NCBI GenBank assembly: GCA_963693365.1 | Contig: CAVNZM010000001.1 | Span: 10,628,161-10,692,160 of the forward strand | Source of the DNA: Amoebidium appalachense | Taxonomy: Eukaryota > Protista > Ichthyosporea | Direction: 5' to 3' | DNA: 64,000 nucleotides | Shown here: one piece after another, positions 34,111 to 49,624 of the stretch | How the letters are laid out: each line of letters starts with the position of its first letter | Position numbering within the stretch: position 1 is the stretch's first letter | Program-made: the position numbers and the translations under genes | The notes under the pieces: model-generated | What the model was told of the DNA's origin: nothing | The model's database searches: none | What the model saw: the letters and a program-made list of their open reading frames with translations, nothing else

Positions 34111-34273
34111 TTGCGGAAATCAATACCCCGTGCAGTAAAAGGAATACCCAAATAGTCATAGGTGCTCTGAACAGGAATAGGAACTTCAAGACCGGCCAAT
34201 CGAAAGGAAGTGTTCTTCGAAAAAGTAGCACACTTTGCAATTCCGACTGTCATGAGATTCTCGGTGTCGTATC
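34111..34273 (+). repeat. 163-bp direct duplication of 33289-33451 flanking the TRIM
   Basis: 'ttgcggaaatca...ctcggtgtcgtatc' is present on both sides of the TRIM. It includes LINE sequence, the Gypsy TSD and the first 9 bp of the Gypsy LTR. Confidence 0.95.
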
Positions 34274-34903
34274 CTATCGTGTATGTATTAGAGACGCGGC
34301 ACTCTACTAAGTGTACATACACGGAAAGGAACGAATGTGTACGGAAAAACAGAAAAGTTTATTCAGACCAGGCTCCGACGGGCAAACTTAGATCCGTACG
34401 GAATGAGGCTAAGTCACAACTGAGGCCATCAAGGCCGTGCCCTCAAAGATCATCATCACCTGGCCCCCCTACGATGCCACATTCCAAACATTCCGATCTA
34501 CTTTATCGTGCGCCTGCACGAGCTAAGTCGATCTACTCAAACTAATATATTTATCCATGTCTCACCCCTCACCCTCCCCCTAGTGGCACCGCAGAGTCTA
34601 AATCTACATTTCATACTATCCTCCCCCCCCCCTCCCTCCCCCCTTTCCTCTACATCGAAATATATAAATACGTTTGGCAACATACACTATCAAAACTTGC
34701 CAATATTTACAAAAGGGCTTCTGCCCGAACATATCACATTCCTAAGTCCTCCTACGATCTATTCTACACACTAATTAGAATTCTATTGGTCGGCTGCTCC
34801 AGCTGACGTGGTCCTGCCCTGCGCCGGCAGAGGCAAGATGCACGCAGCTGTACAGCTATCTTGAGGCCCCGGACTTGATCTTGATGATCTGTGGACCCGG
34901 GCC

Positions 34904-34945
<42 letters not shown>

Positions 34946-35344
34946 ATCTCGATCGTAGACTTAGGCTGATCTGCTGAGACGGATTAGTATATGTCAACTC
35001 CCCCCCGGCCCCCGGAAAAGCTGAGTCCCACCTCAGTCACATTACATCTATCACCCCCTAAAAAGACGTAGACTAATCAGTCTCCTAAAAAAAAAATTAA
35101 ATTAAATAAATTACAAAGAAAAATAATAAATTAAACTACACCATAAGCTTGATATCTACGGAGACACCTATGATAATAAATTAAATTCCTACGACTACGT
35201 TCACACTCCTCCTCGGTCTCCCCCCCCCCTCCCCCCTCCCCCCGTGTGTCTACGTGTATTTGCATCACTCCCCCCCCCCGCCCCCCTCCCCCACCGACTT
35301 TTTCACACCACGATTAAACTGAGGAATAACTCTCTCTGGCCTAG

Positions 35345-35452
35345 AGGGAGCACTAGGCAACTCCCTCTGCACTAATCTAGCCTCATAAGCACGAATAGAA
35401 AACGGGCAATCCAAATGAAACTCAGGCAACCACTGATCTTCCTGATAACTTT
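35345..35452 (-). pseudogene. Second half of the Gypsy A chromodomain
   Basis: Manual translation SYQEDQWLPEFHLDCPFSIRAYEARL continues YYLIRFEGG from 49625 across the Plavaka insertion. Confidence 0.85.
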
Positions 35453-37814
35453 ATCAGCAATCTTGCGCGAACATCCAAAACATAACAAACCCATCTAGGA
35501 TATGCAACTGTATATTAATAGATACCTTTTGGATATACAAACGATATGTAGGATGGTTTCGGTCGAACATATCAATACCAACCACTGGATATATACAACA
35601 TGTCTATTTCCTCCTGACCTCCAACCGATGTCCAATATATATGTAGTTGCATGCTTAGATAGTGATCAAGATATTGCACCCCCAATAGATATCACATATG
35701 GATATCCATGCTGTACCTCCATTGGGCATCGTTGTGATAGCACATATCTGGATATGCAATCAATGCTTATATGGATACATAAGTGCACCTATAATGGCCA
35801 TTAAATACACATTAGATGCATATGAATGCAGACATCAAACGCCATCTGGTTGGTTCGGCATGTATTGGATATTAGACAGATGCCTACAATGGATATTGAC
35901 GCTGGATATCCAATGATGGAATTTCAACTGCATTCCTCCGTTGGATAGCTATATGGATATGTAACATTCTGGATATCCATTTGGATGATTAGCTGTATAT
36001 GTCGTATCTACAAACAGAGTGTATACAAACTACTCTAACTATCTGCACGCTTAAAGGGGCTTGAAACCGTGTATACGTATAAACTTTTCTTTGAGTTGGG
36101 TGGGAAGCGAGCCTCAACGTGTTCTCAGAAGAACTTCGAAAAGCCCGCGACCCCGCGAGACACTTCACAGACACGCGGCCCACTGGCCAGACAAATACCA
36201 CAGTGACATTCAGCCAATCACAACACTCCCTCCCCCACAGGCTACACGCACTCCACACCATTGGCTACCGCCACCTCAGGCACCCCTACAGCACACGTAC
36301 ACACCTTTACTCACAATACATATAAGCATACACACACGCGAGCAGGCAACATGGGTCTCGCCAAGCACACAGCAAGAAGCAATACAACATTTAACATGGA
36401 GAGTACGCAGAGGCATGGAGCATGCACGCGCGCACCAAACAATCAGCCGCCGCTGCATCAGATTCTCCCCATACCACTGATTAATCTCCTCATACCCCGC
36501 TTAGACCCCGGCATTACTATGCAAGAAAACCCCCGAAATTCACTCACCAAAACACAAAATATAGAAGCAAACTAATACGAATCAGCTCAGCACATGACAG
36601 TATATTAGACTGGATCGGTAACAACATATCCAATACATGACTGACACGGATATCCGATCAAAATCCCCATACAGATATCAAGATATCCCTGTAGCAAGAC
36701 ATGCAATACACCTAACAAGTATATCCAATGGCGGTCTATAGTGGATGTCCATATTGGATATCCATTACGATATCCAGATGGATCGCTATTACATGTGCAC
36801 TTGACCCCAACGCTAATGAACAATGCATGCCCATATTGGATACGTTCAATGGATATCCATTCCGATATCCAGATACATACGCATTTGCTTGTCCACTAGA
36901 CCCTCCTATAATAACCAAAGGCATGACGATTCCACATATCCAATTAGATCACCAAATATGGCTCTGACGGTTATCCATATACACCCGCACGCTGATGTCC
37001 AATAGACAATCATACTAAGACACAATGGATAGCTATACTGGTTATCTAGGCTCAACATCCATACAGATATCTTGATACACCTGCATTTGCCCATCCACTA
37101 GACCATAATACTAATATCCAATGCATGACGAAAATACATATCACAATAGACACCCATACCGATCTCCAACGGCTATCCATATGCACCCCTGCTTACCCAT
37201 CCAATATATGTCGATATTCATATACAATGCATCACCATTCACAATATCTAAGCTTAATATCCAACATGATATGCGGATACATATACACCTACATATGCAC
37301 TCGGCACCTATGTTGATACCTAATGCATGAAAAACAAACATATCAAAGTAGATACCCAACCTAATGCCTAACACTTAACAAACATACATGTTTTGGGATA
37401 TCCATTTACACCTGTATCTAATACTCAAAATATCACTATAACAGCTATCTGGGTTGATACCCATACAGATAGCCAGATACATCTGTAGCTACATGTCTAG
37501 GGTATATCCACTGGATTAATTGCATAATTTTGGTACTGTATATCTGCCACATATCTATTAGGGTGTATTTGATGTGTAATAAGGCCTTTCCGGATAAACA
37601 TTATACATCTTTACCGATCCATCGCATAACCATATGATGGCTAATGACCACCATTGATAAATAATTTATGTCTGGCCTAATATCTATCACATAAGTAATA
37701 CTTATCCACGGCACAAAGTTACACAACCACGTTATACTCGGTTCCACAAATCAAGGGGAAGAAATAGATAAAAAGAGGAAGAACAAAAAAAAGAAAAAAT
37801 ATAGTTTAGTGACA

Positions 37815-39460
<1,646 letters not shown>

Positions 39461-39806
39461 TGCAACATGAACGTACGGTTCTTGTTTGTCATACGATATG
39501 GTAGCTTGCAGTAATGCTTGTGTGCCCGTTCATAGCCCTCAACTGTCTCTACATGACCAAAAAGGCGGGTGTCGTCGCTGCAATGGTCCCCGGCATGGAA
39601 TTTGCTTGACTTGAGGTCGTTCTCAGATGAACAATGAAAGCAGTCGTACGCAGACTTGGCCATACTGCCGGGGGGGGGGGGGGGGGGGGGGGGGGAGGGG
39701 CCGAGGAGGGGGGGGGGGGGGGGGGGGTTTGGTGTCAACCGTGGCACTGGATATCCATTTGAGCATACTCTATACGGGTAATTGTTCCCAAAACCATATG
39801 CATTGT

Positions 39807-40886
39807 GGTTTTATTTGTGGAAATTATTGACATAAATATTTTTCTGGGTAAACACGTAGGATGGGTGTCCGATATCAACACGCTTCGTTTCATGTTTTAG
39901 CAGTTCGCGTTCGGCTGCCCGCATACGGGCACCTATTAGCCGATCAAAACATCAGTGTACGTTTCATATGCGCAGCAGATGAAAGATGTTTCACGGATCA
40001 CTTCGGGCGCAGGCAGCCGGGCGGCCCATGACGTCACGGGCCGCGGCGCCAGGCGCAGCCGCAGCGGCGGCTGACATCGGTCTGGCGCAGCGCCTGACGT
40101 CAGGCGCCACCAGCGCCGGTATTTCCGGCGCAGCACACTGCAGATGCAGGCCACCTTCGTTTTCGCCGTGTGCTGCACGTACGGTTTTTGTTAGCACGAT
40201 TGCGTTTTCGGTGGCTAGCACACGGCGGCTCCCACCCACCCACCTCTAAGTCTGTATACATGACGGTGTACGTATGCGACTGTGACTGGCTCACAGCCCG
40301 ATTGCAGCGGCAATAAAGCATGTCGAGGCGGGGCCCAGCCCCGGCTGGTGCGGGGGGGGCTCATGGCATGGACCCCCCCTGGCGGCCCCCGCCTCGGCCA
40401 GCCCCTTGGGTGCAGGCACGACGGCCTGCACTCCACGGACACGGGGGGCATGAGGCAAGCACGAGTGAGTGATGTGAAATTCCACAGATCACTAGACCGA
40501 GTTTGATTGGCTCAGGATCAGATTTCACATAACACTAGATCGATTTTGATTGGATCAGTTCGGTAGCCTTAGGTATATAACCACGACAGTTTTAGCAGAT
40601 CAGCAAGCAACAAACACATCTTCTGTGTTTAGCACCTACAGCTTTACAGCTATATTTTCTTTTTCACCCACCCACCTACACCCTACACTCAACCCCCATT
40701 GATCCCCACATACGTGCTGTTTTTTCACGGGGCGAAGACTTCCCCCGTTTTTTGGGCACAAGGACCTCACGGATCAATAAATTGATGACTGGGGGCTTGC
40801 CGTGGTTTACAACCATTGCAGGTTCACTTTCGTCCAAGGGGATGTCCCCCTAGAGGCAACACACGTCCCGGAGTAGTTTTCATAGA
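39807..40886 (+). mobile_element. Solo A-spacer-B unit of the Ngaro family, with a ~525-bp GC-rich insert
   Basis: Starts GGTTTTATTTGTGG (start of A) and ends GTTTTCATAGA (end of B). The empty site (cattgt|agctct) is visible in the inverted paralogous copy at ~45115-45135. No TSD. Confidence 0.9.
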
Positions 40887-41060
40887 AGCTCTAATTGTAC
40901 ATTAGGATGATTGATCTCCTTTGTATATCCTGTTGGTTATGTAGTGTATGTACGTTGGACATGTAAGGATATTTATATAGATATCACACGTGATCACCAT
41001 TGGCCATCGAATCTATGTCCATTTGATTCTGTGTTCCTGCAGCTGGCAATGTGTGTGCCT

Positions 41061-41135
<75 letters not shown>

Positions 41136-41137
41136 CT

Positions 41138-41207
<70 letters not shown>

Positions 41208-41209
41208 CT

Positions 41210-41281
<72 letters not shown>

Positions 41282-41283
41282 CT

Positions 41284-41375
<92 letters not shown>

Positions 41376-41378
41376 GAA

Positions 41379-41432
<54 letters not shown>

Positions 41433-41447
41433 CTTCGTGTGTGTGCC

Positions 41448-41501
<54 letters not shown>

Positions 41502-41993
41502 CTCGTGTTTGTGTGTGCGTGTGTGTGTGTGTGTGTCCCAGAATGTTTGTGTGTTTGTGTGTGTGTGTTTTTTGGTGTGGGGGGGGGGGGGGGGGGGGAG
41601 GGGGAGGGGGGGGGGGGGGGAGGGGGGGGGGAGGAAAAGGGGAAGGGTGAGGGGGGGGGGGGGGGGGGACCACCTTCATAATATCTCTGTACTCGTTCGC
41701 ACGAAGAAACGTGAGGTCGGAAACGGTGCTGCTGAAGTGACGAAAGCTGCTATAACGTGGCATGTTGTTGAATCGACGGTCAAACTCCCGTATGACGTCC
41801 TTTGCAGCGGTGTCTGCTGCTAGGCCCACCGTTCATGTCCTCGCATACCTTCTTCACGTACAGTTTATATTCAATTAGGAGCTGCTTAAATACACCACTG
41901 TCTGCCTGGTGCATACGTTCGATTGGGACACCCCATATCCACAGAAAGCCTGGGAACCCCGGGCACGCATTCTCCCAGAAGTCCTGCATGGAA

Positions 41994-42928
41994 TGTTATA
42001 ATACGTAGTATTTACATATTGTAAGATCTTCTCAGTTCGTGTTATGTTTTCATTCATTTACTTAATGAAAAAGATGTGCTCCTTGTACGTAAATTATGAC
42101 ATCGATCTCCAGTGTATTTGAGTACTTGTAATCGTGTTGTGTCGGCTATATTCGTGTGTTTAGATATCGATTACAGCAACTGATTATAGGTACACGAGTC
42201 TACCCAGTGAGGGAGACACGTGTACATGTTATGTGTACATGAATATCTTCGGTTATAACTGTGTTTTGCTGTTCGTGTTTTCTGTCCTGCTTTCTTTTCT
42301 TTTTCCTCTTTCTTCGTCTTTTCTTTTCTCTTTCTTTCTTCTCTTGTTTCCTTTCATTTAATTATATTTCTCTCTCACTAATATACGTTGAGTAGATTTA
42401 TATTACTCGTTATGTTTTGATTGGTAGAAAAACACTTAGGTTACACTTTAGCTTGTCAGGTATGATTCATAGCTTAGTCAACCACTTTTGTTTTGTGTGT
42501 TGCCGTACTATATCCAATCAGTGGACTTAGTCAGAAAATGTCTGAGTCTTTGTAGCCGATGATAGGTTAGAAACACCACCTCTTTCCTCGTTACTCTTCA
42601 CCTCTTTTCTTTCTTATAGCTGTGACCTATGGTGTGTGTTCCCGCGTCTCCGGATCTATCCGGGAAATAATCAGTTAATTATGATTGGTTATTTTAGACA
42701 TAGATCTGATTTCCGACTGGTCGGAAATCATGTATGGATTTAACTTAAGGGAATTTCAGGTATTTATTAGCGATCAAAATAAATTGAGTTCAGTCGTGTC
42801 TAAACATTGATGTCTGTTGTGTACACTGCTCCGATCGTTCCGTGTTTTGTTGTTGTGTGTGTCTGTGGTGTTTTCACACTGCACCACTGTGTCTCTGCTT
42901 ACATCCTAAATACTTATAGAATTTAACA
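41994..42928. mobile_element. Solo LTR (family C) inside a Plavaka exon
   Basis: TGTTA...TAACA termini; TSD TGGAA at 41989-41993 and 42929-42933. Removing it restores the reading frame LKMASMQDFW. Confidence 0.93.
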
Positions 42929-43217
42929 TGGAAGCCATCTTGAGTAACTGTGTAGCTGCTGCTTTGTCCCCGGGAACACCGCTAGCCCTCAAGCCGAGGA
43001 CTGCATCCCGCAGCGCCTTCTCCGCTTGCTCGTGGTGCAGTGCAGCGGGCTCCCAAACCTTGGACAGGTTAGTGCACGACACTCTGCATTTGTTGCACGG
43101 ACACGCAGTTGTAACCGCGCCCCTGCACGTAGAAGTTGTATCCGGTGTCTACCTTGTACATGTGCAAACACACGTGCTCGTTGGGGGTCGGACACACACG
43201 TACCTGGTCAGACACAT

Positions 43218-43249
<32 letters not shown>

Positions 43250-43282
43250 TCACACACACACACACACACACAGACACACACG

Positions 43283-43388
<106 letters not shown>

Positions 43389-43405
43389 CACACACACATG
43401 CACAT

Positions 43406-43464
<59 letters not shown>

Positions 43465-43478
43465 GGGGGGGGGGGGGG

Positions 43479-44305
43479 ACCACAAAACCCCACCAAGCCC
43501 CCCCACTTTCCCACCCGGCGGGTGGGAAAGTGGGGGGGCTTGGTGGGGTTTTGTGGTGCACGGCTAAAAATTGGTGCACACGTTCCTAGCACCCATATGC
43601 TACGTTGTACCGAGTGTCAACTGCTACTTGCACGTGGAACACGTGATATTCATTATTTGGTGGTGCCCTGAGTAGTTGATGTTGCACATGTAGGAAAAAT
43701 AACATTCGCGGGTGTAAACGTAGGGGGGGGGGGGGGTTTGGTATTTTGGCTGCAGCCCTGTAACTTGGCCCACACCTCCCTAGTACCTATATGCTGCAAT
43801 TCCCAAAAGATGGATGCTCCCAGGCCATTGGTTCGTGGGTGGCAACAAAAGTGCACCTAGCCATATGAAGGCACATATAGGAAAAACGTACCAGCCGGGT
43901 GGGAAAGTGGGGGGGCTTGATGGGGTTTTGTGGTGTACGGCTAAAACTCGGTGCACACGTTCCTAGCACCCATTTCCTACTTTGTACCAAGTTTCAACTG
44001 CTACTTGCACGTGGAACACGTTATATTCATTATTTGGTGGTGCCCTGAGTAGTTGATGTTGCACATGTCATGTGGAAAAAAAAACATTTACGGGTGTAAA
44101 TGTAGGAGGTTTTTTTTTTGGTATTTTGGCTGCAGCCCTGTAACTTGGCCCACACCTCCCTAGTACCTATATGCTGCTATTCCCAAAAGATGGATGCTCC
44201 CAGGCCATTGGTTCGTGGGTGGCAACAAAAATGCACCTAGCCACATGAGTGCATATATAAGGAAAAATGCACCCGCCGGGTGGAAATGCAGGGGGGCTTG
44301 ATGGG
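43479..44305. repeat. About 2.1 tandem copies of a ~380-bp unit, capped by a 79-bp palindrome
   Basis: Units begin 'cgggtgggaaagtgggggggctt' at ~43519 and ~43896, with a degenerate start at ~44277. 39-bp inverted arms are centred on 43518. Confidence 0.9.
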
Positions 44306-44413
44306 GAAATACACAACACTGTGACACCCACCTGACGTGGTGACGACACACGGCCCACACCCACAGTCACACCCACACCAGCCCACCCACCCACCCACTC
44401 AAACACACACACA

Positions 44414-44481
<68 letters not shown>

Positions 44482-44521
44482 CACAAACACACACAGGGGG
44501 TGGGGGGGGGGGGGGGGGGGT

Positions 44522-44671
44522 GTGCGAACGAGTACAGAGATATTATGAAGGTGGTCCCCCCCCCCCCCCCCTCACCCTTCCCCTTTTCCTCCCCCCCCCC
44601 CCCCCCCCACCCTCCCCCCCCCCCCCCCCCCACCAACAAACACACACACACAAACACACAAACATTCTGGG

Positions 44672-44702
<31 letters not shown>

Positions 44703-44706
44703 CGAG

Positions 44707-44750
<44 letters not shown>

Positions 44751-44765
44751 GGCACACACACGAAG

Positions 44766-44802
<37 letters not shown>

Positions 44803-44822
44803 TTCAGGGACACACACACACA

Positions 44823-44866
<44 letters not shown>

Positions 44867-44868
44867 AG

Positions 44869-44940
<72 letters not shown>

Positions 44941-45483
44941 GCGCGCGAGAGGCACACACATTGCCAGCTGCAGGAACACAGAATCCAATGGACATAGATT
45001 CGATGGCCAATGGTGATCACGTGTGATATCTATATAAATATCCTTACATGTCCAACGTACATACACTACATAACCAACAGGATATACAAAGGAGATCAAT
45101 CATCCTAATGTACAATTAGAGCTACAATGCATATGGTTTTGGGAACAATTACCCGTATAGAGTATGCTCAAATGGATATCCAGTGCCACGGTTGACACAA
45201 CCCCTTACCCCCCCCCCCCCTCGGGCTCCCCCCCTCCCCCCCCCCCCCCCCCCCCCCCCCGCAGTATGGCCAAGTCTGCGTACGACTGCTTTCATTGTTC
45301 ATCTGAGAACGACCTCAAGTCAAGCAAATTCCATGCCGGGGACCATTGCAGCAACGACACCCGCCTTTTTGGTCCTGTAGAGACAGCTGAGGGCTATGAA
45401 CGGGCACACAAGCATTACTGCAAGCTACCATATCGTATGACAAACAAGAACCGTACGTTCATGTTGCAGGTATGTGTGTGTGT
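44522..45483 (+). repeat. Inverted duplicate of Plavaka segment ~39446-41702, lacking the Ngaro insert
   Basis: Reverse-complement match, including the ANEYRDIMK and MAKSAYD...TFMLQ exons. Confidence 0.92.
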
Positions 45484-45512
45484 CGGCATAGGGGGGAGGA
45501 GGTGTTGCTTTG

Positions 45513-45552
<40 letters not shown>

Positions 45553-45828
45553 GGGGGGGGAGGGGAGGGGGGTTTACACACTTTTTATTGCGTGGACACT
45601 GCCGGAGGGGCGGAGCCCGGGGGGGGGGGGGGGGGGTAAGGGGGTGCGCGTGCGTCCGTGCACACGTGTATGTGAGTGTGCCACGCGTGTACGGTGCGCG
45701 TGGGTTTTAATTTCTGTATGTGTATTAAAGTGCGCGCGTGCGCATCATATGCAGACGTACGCGTGCATGCATATGTCGACGATGTGTGTGTGTCGTTGAC
45801 AGTGCGTGAACGCATACGTGCATCATAA

Positions 45829-45866
<38 letters not shown>

Positions 45867-46229
45867 CATGTATGGATGTGCTGTATGCACGTAAATGAAT
45901 ATCCTTGCTTCTTTATGATAATATATGTGCACAGTGCTAATTAGTACTAGCGTATACGTACACATGCCATGGCGCGCGCCGGCCAGTCGGTGAAGCATGC
46001 ACGTGCACATTGTTTTAATTAATATAAAAATGGAGGGGGGGGGGGGGGGGGGGGGGGGGGGCTGGCCATGGCCGGGGGAACAACCTGAGTGCATATGCAT
46101 GTACTGCAGCTGCACGGTGCGGGCGTACTGTTTACGGTACAGTGCATGCATGCACGCACTTACAATATTGTACTTGATATCGAATACCTGTGCAATCCGG
46201 CCGGGCGCACCGTGTGCACAGATATCATG

Positions 46230-46281
46230 ATATATGTATTTAAATTATATGTATATTCATATATATAAATATATATAAATA

Positions 46282-46317
<36 letters not shown>

Positions 46318-46340
46318 ATATTCTATAATATAAATATATT
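46230..46340. repeat. (AT)n-rich tract
   Basis: Seen directly in the sequence. Confidence 0.9.
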
Positions 46341-48019
46341 ACAACTTTGATGTATGTAAAACGCATGGAGGGATTATCGGCTTGACTCATCGGATTCGAA
46401 CCACCATGCTTGTCCTGCTGTGTGATTGGTGTTTTCTAATCTGATTAATGGTAATCAGATTGAACCGATTTTTGTTCGGCTGTGTGATTGGTATTCATTT
46501 GTAGTCACATTATGGATAATCCGATTTATGCTCCTGTTTCTTGATTGGTCTTCTCCAATCATTAATGATTGTCCGTTATGACTGTTTTTTTCCCACCCTT
46601 CGGAGGTCAGTTTTCACTTGCACTTCCGCTGTTCAAGAAGTCTGAGCTGTAACTCCATTCAGTTGCACCCGTGGCTTGTAAGCTAACTAGACGATGTTTT
46701 CAGAGCTACAGGCTGTGCAGGTTAGTACAGATGCTTATGCGACTGTTGCGTCTACCTGTTTGCTGAAGGACTGGGCTTCTGTGCAACTATTCTTGCTTTT
46801 CTTCCTTGCTGTAGCCCTCCTTTCTTCTTGGTCTTTCCTGCCGCAACTGGTGCATGCTGTCGCAGTTTTACTTTCTGTCACACTGCAGCTTTTTTGTGCC
46901 CTCTGTGCTCACATCTGCATAACAGGATGATACTTTCAAGAGTTCTTTTCACCTTTGCTCTCCTCTTTCACATGCAGGGCACCATCCTCTCTGACAGAGG
47001 CTAACGGCCGCTTGCTTTTAGAATGACAGCTTCTAAACCGAGCAGCAAGGAGGTAGGTTTTTACTGCCTGGGTTATGCCCAGCTTGGGCTGGCACCTTTT
47101 TATGTTGGTTCTTGGCAATGCCGCTTTTTGTTAAAACGTTCGTGCAATAAAGAGCCCTAAGGGACCTTGCACTTATCTTTTATGGTATAGTGGTTGAGCT
47201 CTTCTGTAGGTCAGCCTGTCAGCACTTTTAGTTTTGTGCAGGTAAACACAGGGCAAAAAGCGCGCATTCTGCATCATTGTGTGCCAAGCCATGTTTTCGG
47301 CAGTTTCTACATTTTGCTTCATCCGTCTGTAACTCCCTTAGACGATACATTGCTTCCTGACATGAAGTCTCTTAGTTCATAAGGGCTGGTGCATACAAAA
47401 CTTCTCGGCAACCATTGTTGGAAGGTTATGCCCTCCTTTGTTTCATTGTTTTAACAAATGTGTGCCGTCCTTATTGCCCAGCATGTGTAGTGGGGCACCC
47501 ATCTATCATGACATGTGCACGTTTGACTTTTTACCTGTGTGATAAGGTCTGTTAGCTCCCACTCCTACACGTTGCACGCAACGTACCCCACTGACACATA
47601 CGAGGTTAGTCGGTAACCACTTGCTTGCATCGAAAGTTTAGAGTGCTGCTGTAGGTATGACAATGTAAGATTCTGTGCTTTTGATGTTTTCGTGTTACCT
47701 CATGGGCGTTTTGTCCCCTCCCCCCCCCCCCTCCCCCCCCCTCCCCCCCCCCCCTCGGGCCCGGCCAAAAAAAAAAAAAAACTTTTCAGCTATAACATAA
47801 TGGACCAGGTTATTTCCCTTATTTCCTGTTTCAAACTGCCTCTCACTTTTCCTCCTTCTCACTGGTCACGCTTCACTTTCCCCGTGCAGGTGGGAGATGG
47901 TGCACTCGGGTGAGTCTTCTAGCAAGCAGCAGCAGCGCACATGGCTGACCGCAAGATTGTTCGGTGCTGGTACATGACTGCCAACCTCGACATTCCGACA
48001 TAACCAATTCCACGACCCC

Positions 48020-48050
<31 letters not shown>

Positions 48051-48901
48051 AAAAAAAAAAAAGAAAAGAAAACACACACACACACAGACACACACAGCTT
48101 CCCATCCACCTTGCCTTAAGTTCTATCATAAACTAATTTGCTGTTTGCTGATCTCTCTTCCCACTCACTTGGTTACTTTGGTGCATCGGTTCTGTGTGTG
48201 TGGGTGGTAGTGTGCATCAGTGTGTGTGTGTGTGTGTGTGCTATATATATGTATAAACATTGTGTATATATGTCGTTGATCACCATCCCCCCCCCCCCCC
48301 AAAAAAAACGCCTGTTCTCCCACCTCTCCATTCCCCCCCATCTCTCTGTATGTGCGCACATGTAGGTGTGGGCCCGGGTGTGTATGCACAATAATGTATT
48401 TTGGTTCTCAATGTATCCCTTAGTAGTCGTTATACTTGTAAAGGGTTACGTCGAGGCTTCCACCAACCATATCCTATACAAATTGCACGAGGGGAGGAAA
48501 TGACATGTCCTAACCCCCCCCCCCCCCCCCCCCCCCGGGAGCAGCTCGAGGACATGCGTGTTGACGGAGTGCCATGTGATTGACCCACCACCCAGTAACG
48601 ACCCTGAGGACGTCAGCAGCCACAGCCACAGCGAGGAACAAGAATCAGTGCCACAAGAGAGTCTGCGGGGAATAAGGCGACGAGCAAAGATTGGAGTACT
48701 AGTAGTTGTCATTGTATTATGGTTAGAAATCAAGTAAATAAGCAGTTATTCTTGTAGAAGTTATAAATGCGCATGTTGATACGATAGAAAATGTAGAAGT
48801 TTGGAAGTTGGATAATAGCGTTTGTGTCACATGCTCCTGGGGAGCATGACTAATTAAAAAAACCTTAAGTGTGCAGCAGTCATTGAACATGTCACCATCC
48901 C

Positions 48902-48940
<39 letters not shown>

Positions 48941-49624
48941 GGTGAATAGATAGAGATATCCATATAGACATCATTTATATATTCAGATACCTATATGGGT
49001 ATATATAGAAGTGGTATACAATCAATATCATTTCTAATATAGAATACATATTCAGCTAATAAATTCTGAATATGTGTTTATGCGCTTATAGAATGTCATG
49101 ACTGATGTCTCATCGTCCCATAATAGATACGTATTATATGCTAATTGTATGTCTATCTACATATGTATTTCCATATCAAGCTGATATCCAGATGTGGTTC
49201 GAAACCTGAGCTGTATATCCATTCGATCTCATTTGTGCACATTTTAAGCATGTTACATATATATAGTGCATATCACATTGGATATATAATTGGGCAGGTT
49301 ACCTGTCACTGGGTCCCTTCGTCACATATCCATTATATATGTTGTGCATGTGTATTTGCATATCTAGTGTTCGATATCCACTGGATATCACGTTTCCCGT
49401 GGATATCTAGTGGATCCCTAACAGTAGTTATCCAATGGATATCAGGGTTTTAACAGATATCTATATACATATTAGCCGTAGATATCCAAGATTAATATCC
49501 ATTTATATTTACATATCTTAAACCCATGAACTGGATGTAGGGTTATGTTCAGGATGGGTTTGAGTATATGGATATCTTCAATGTATCTTTTATGGGTTCC
49601 GGATGTTTCGGCAAGATTGCTGAT

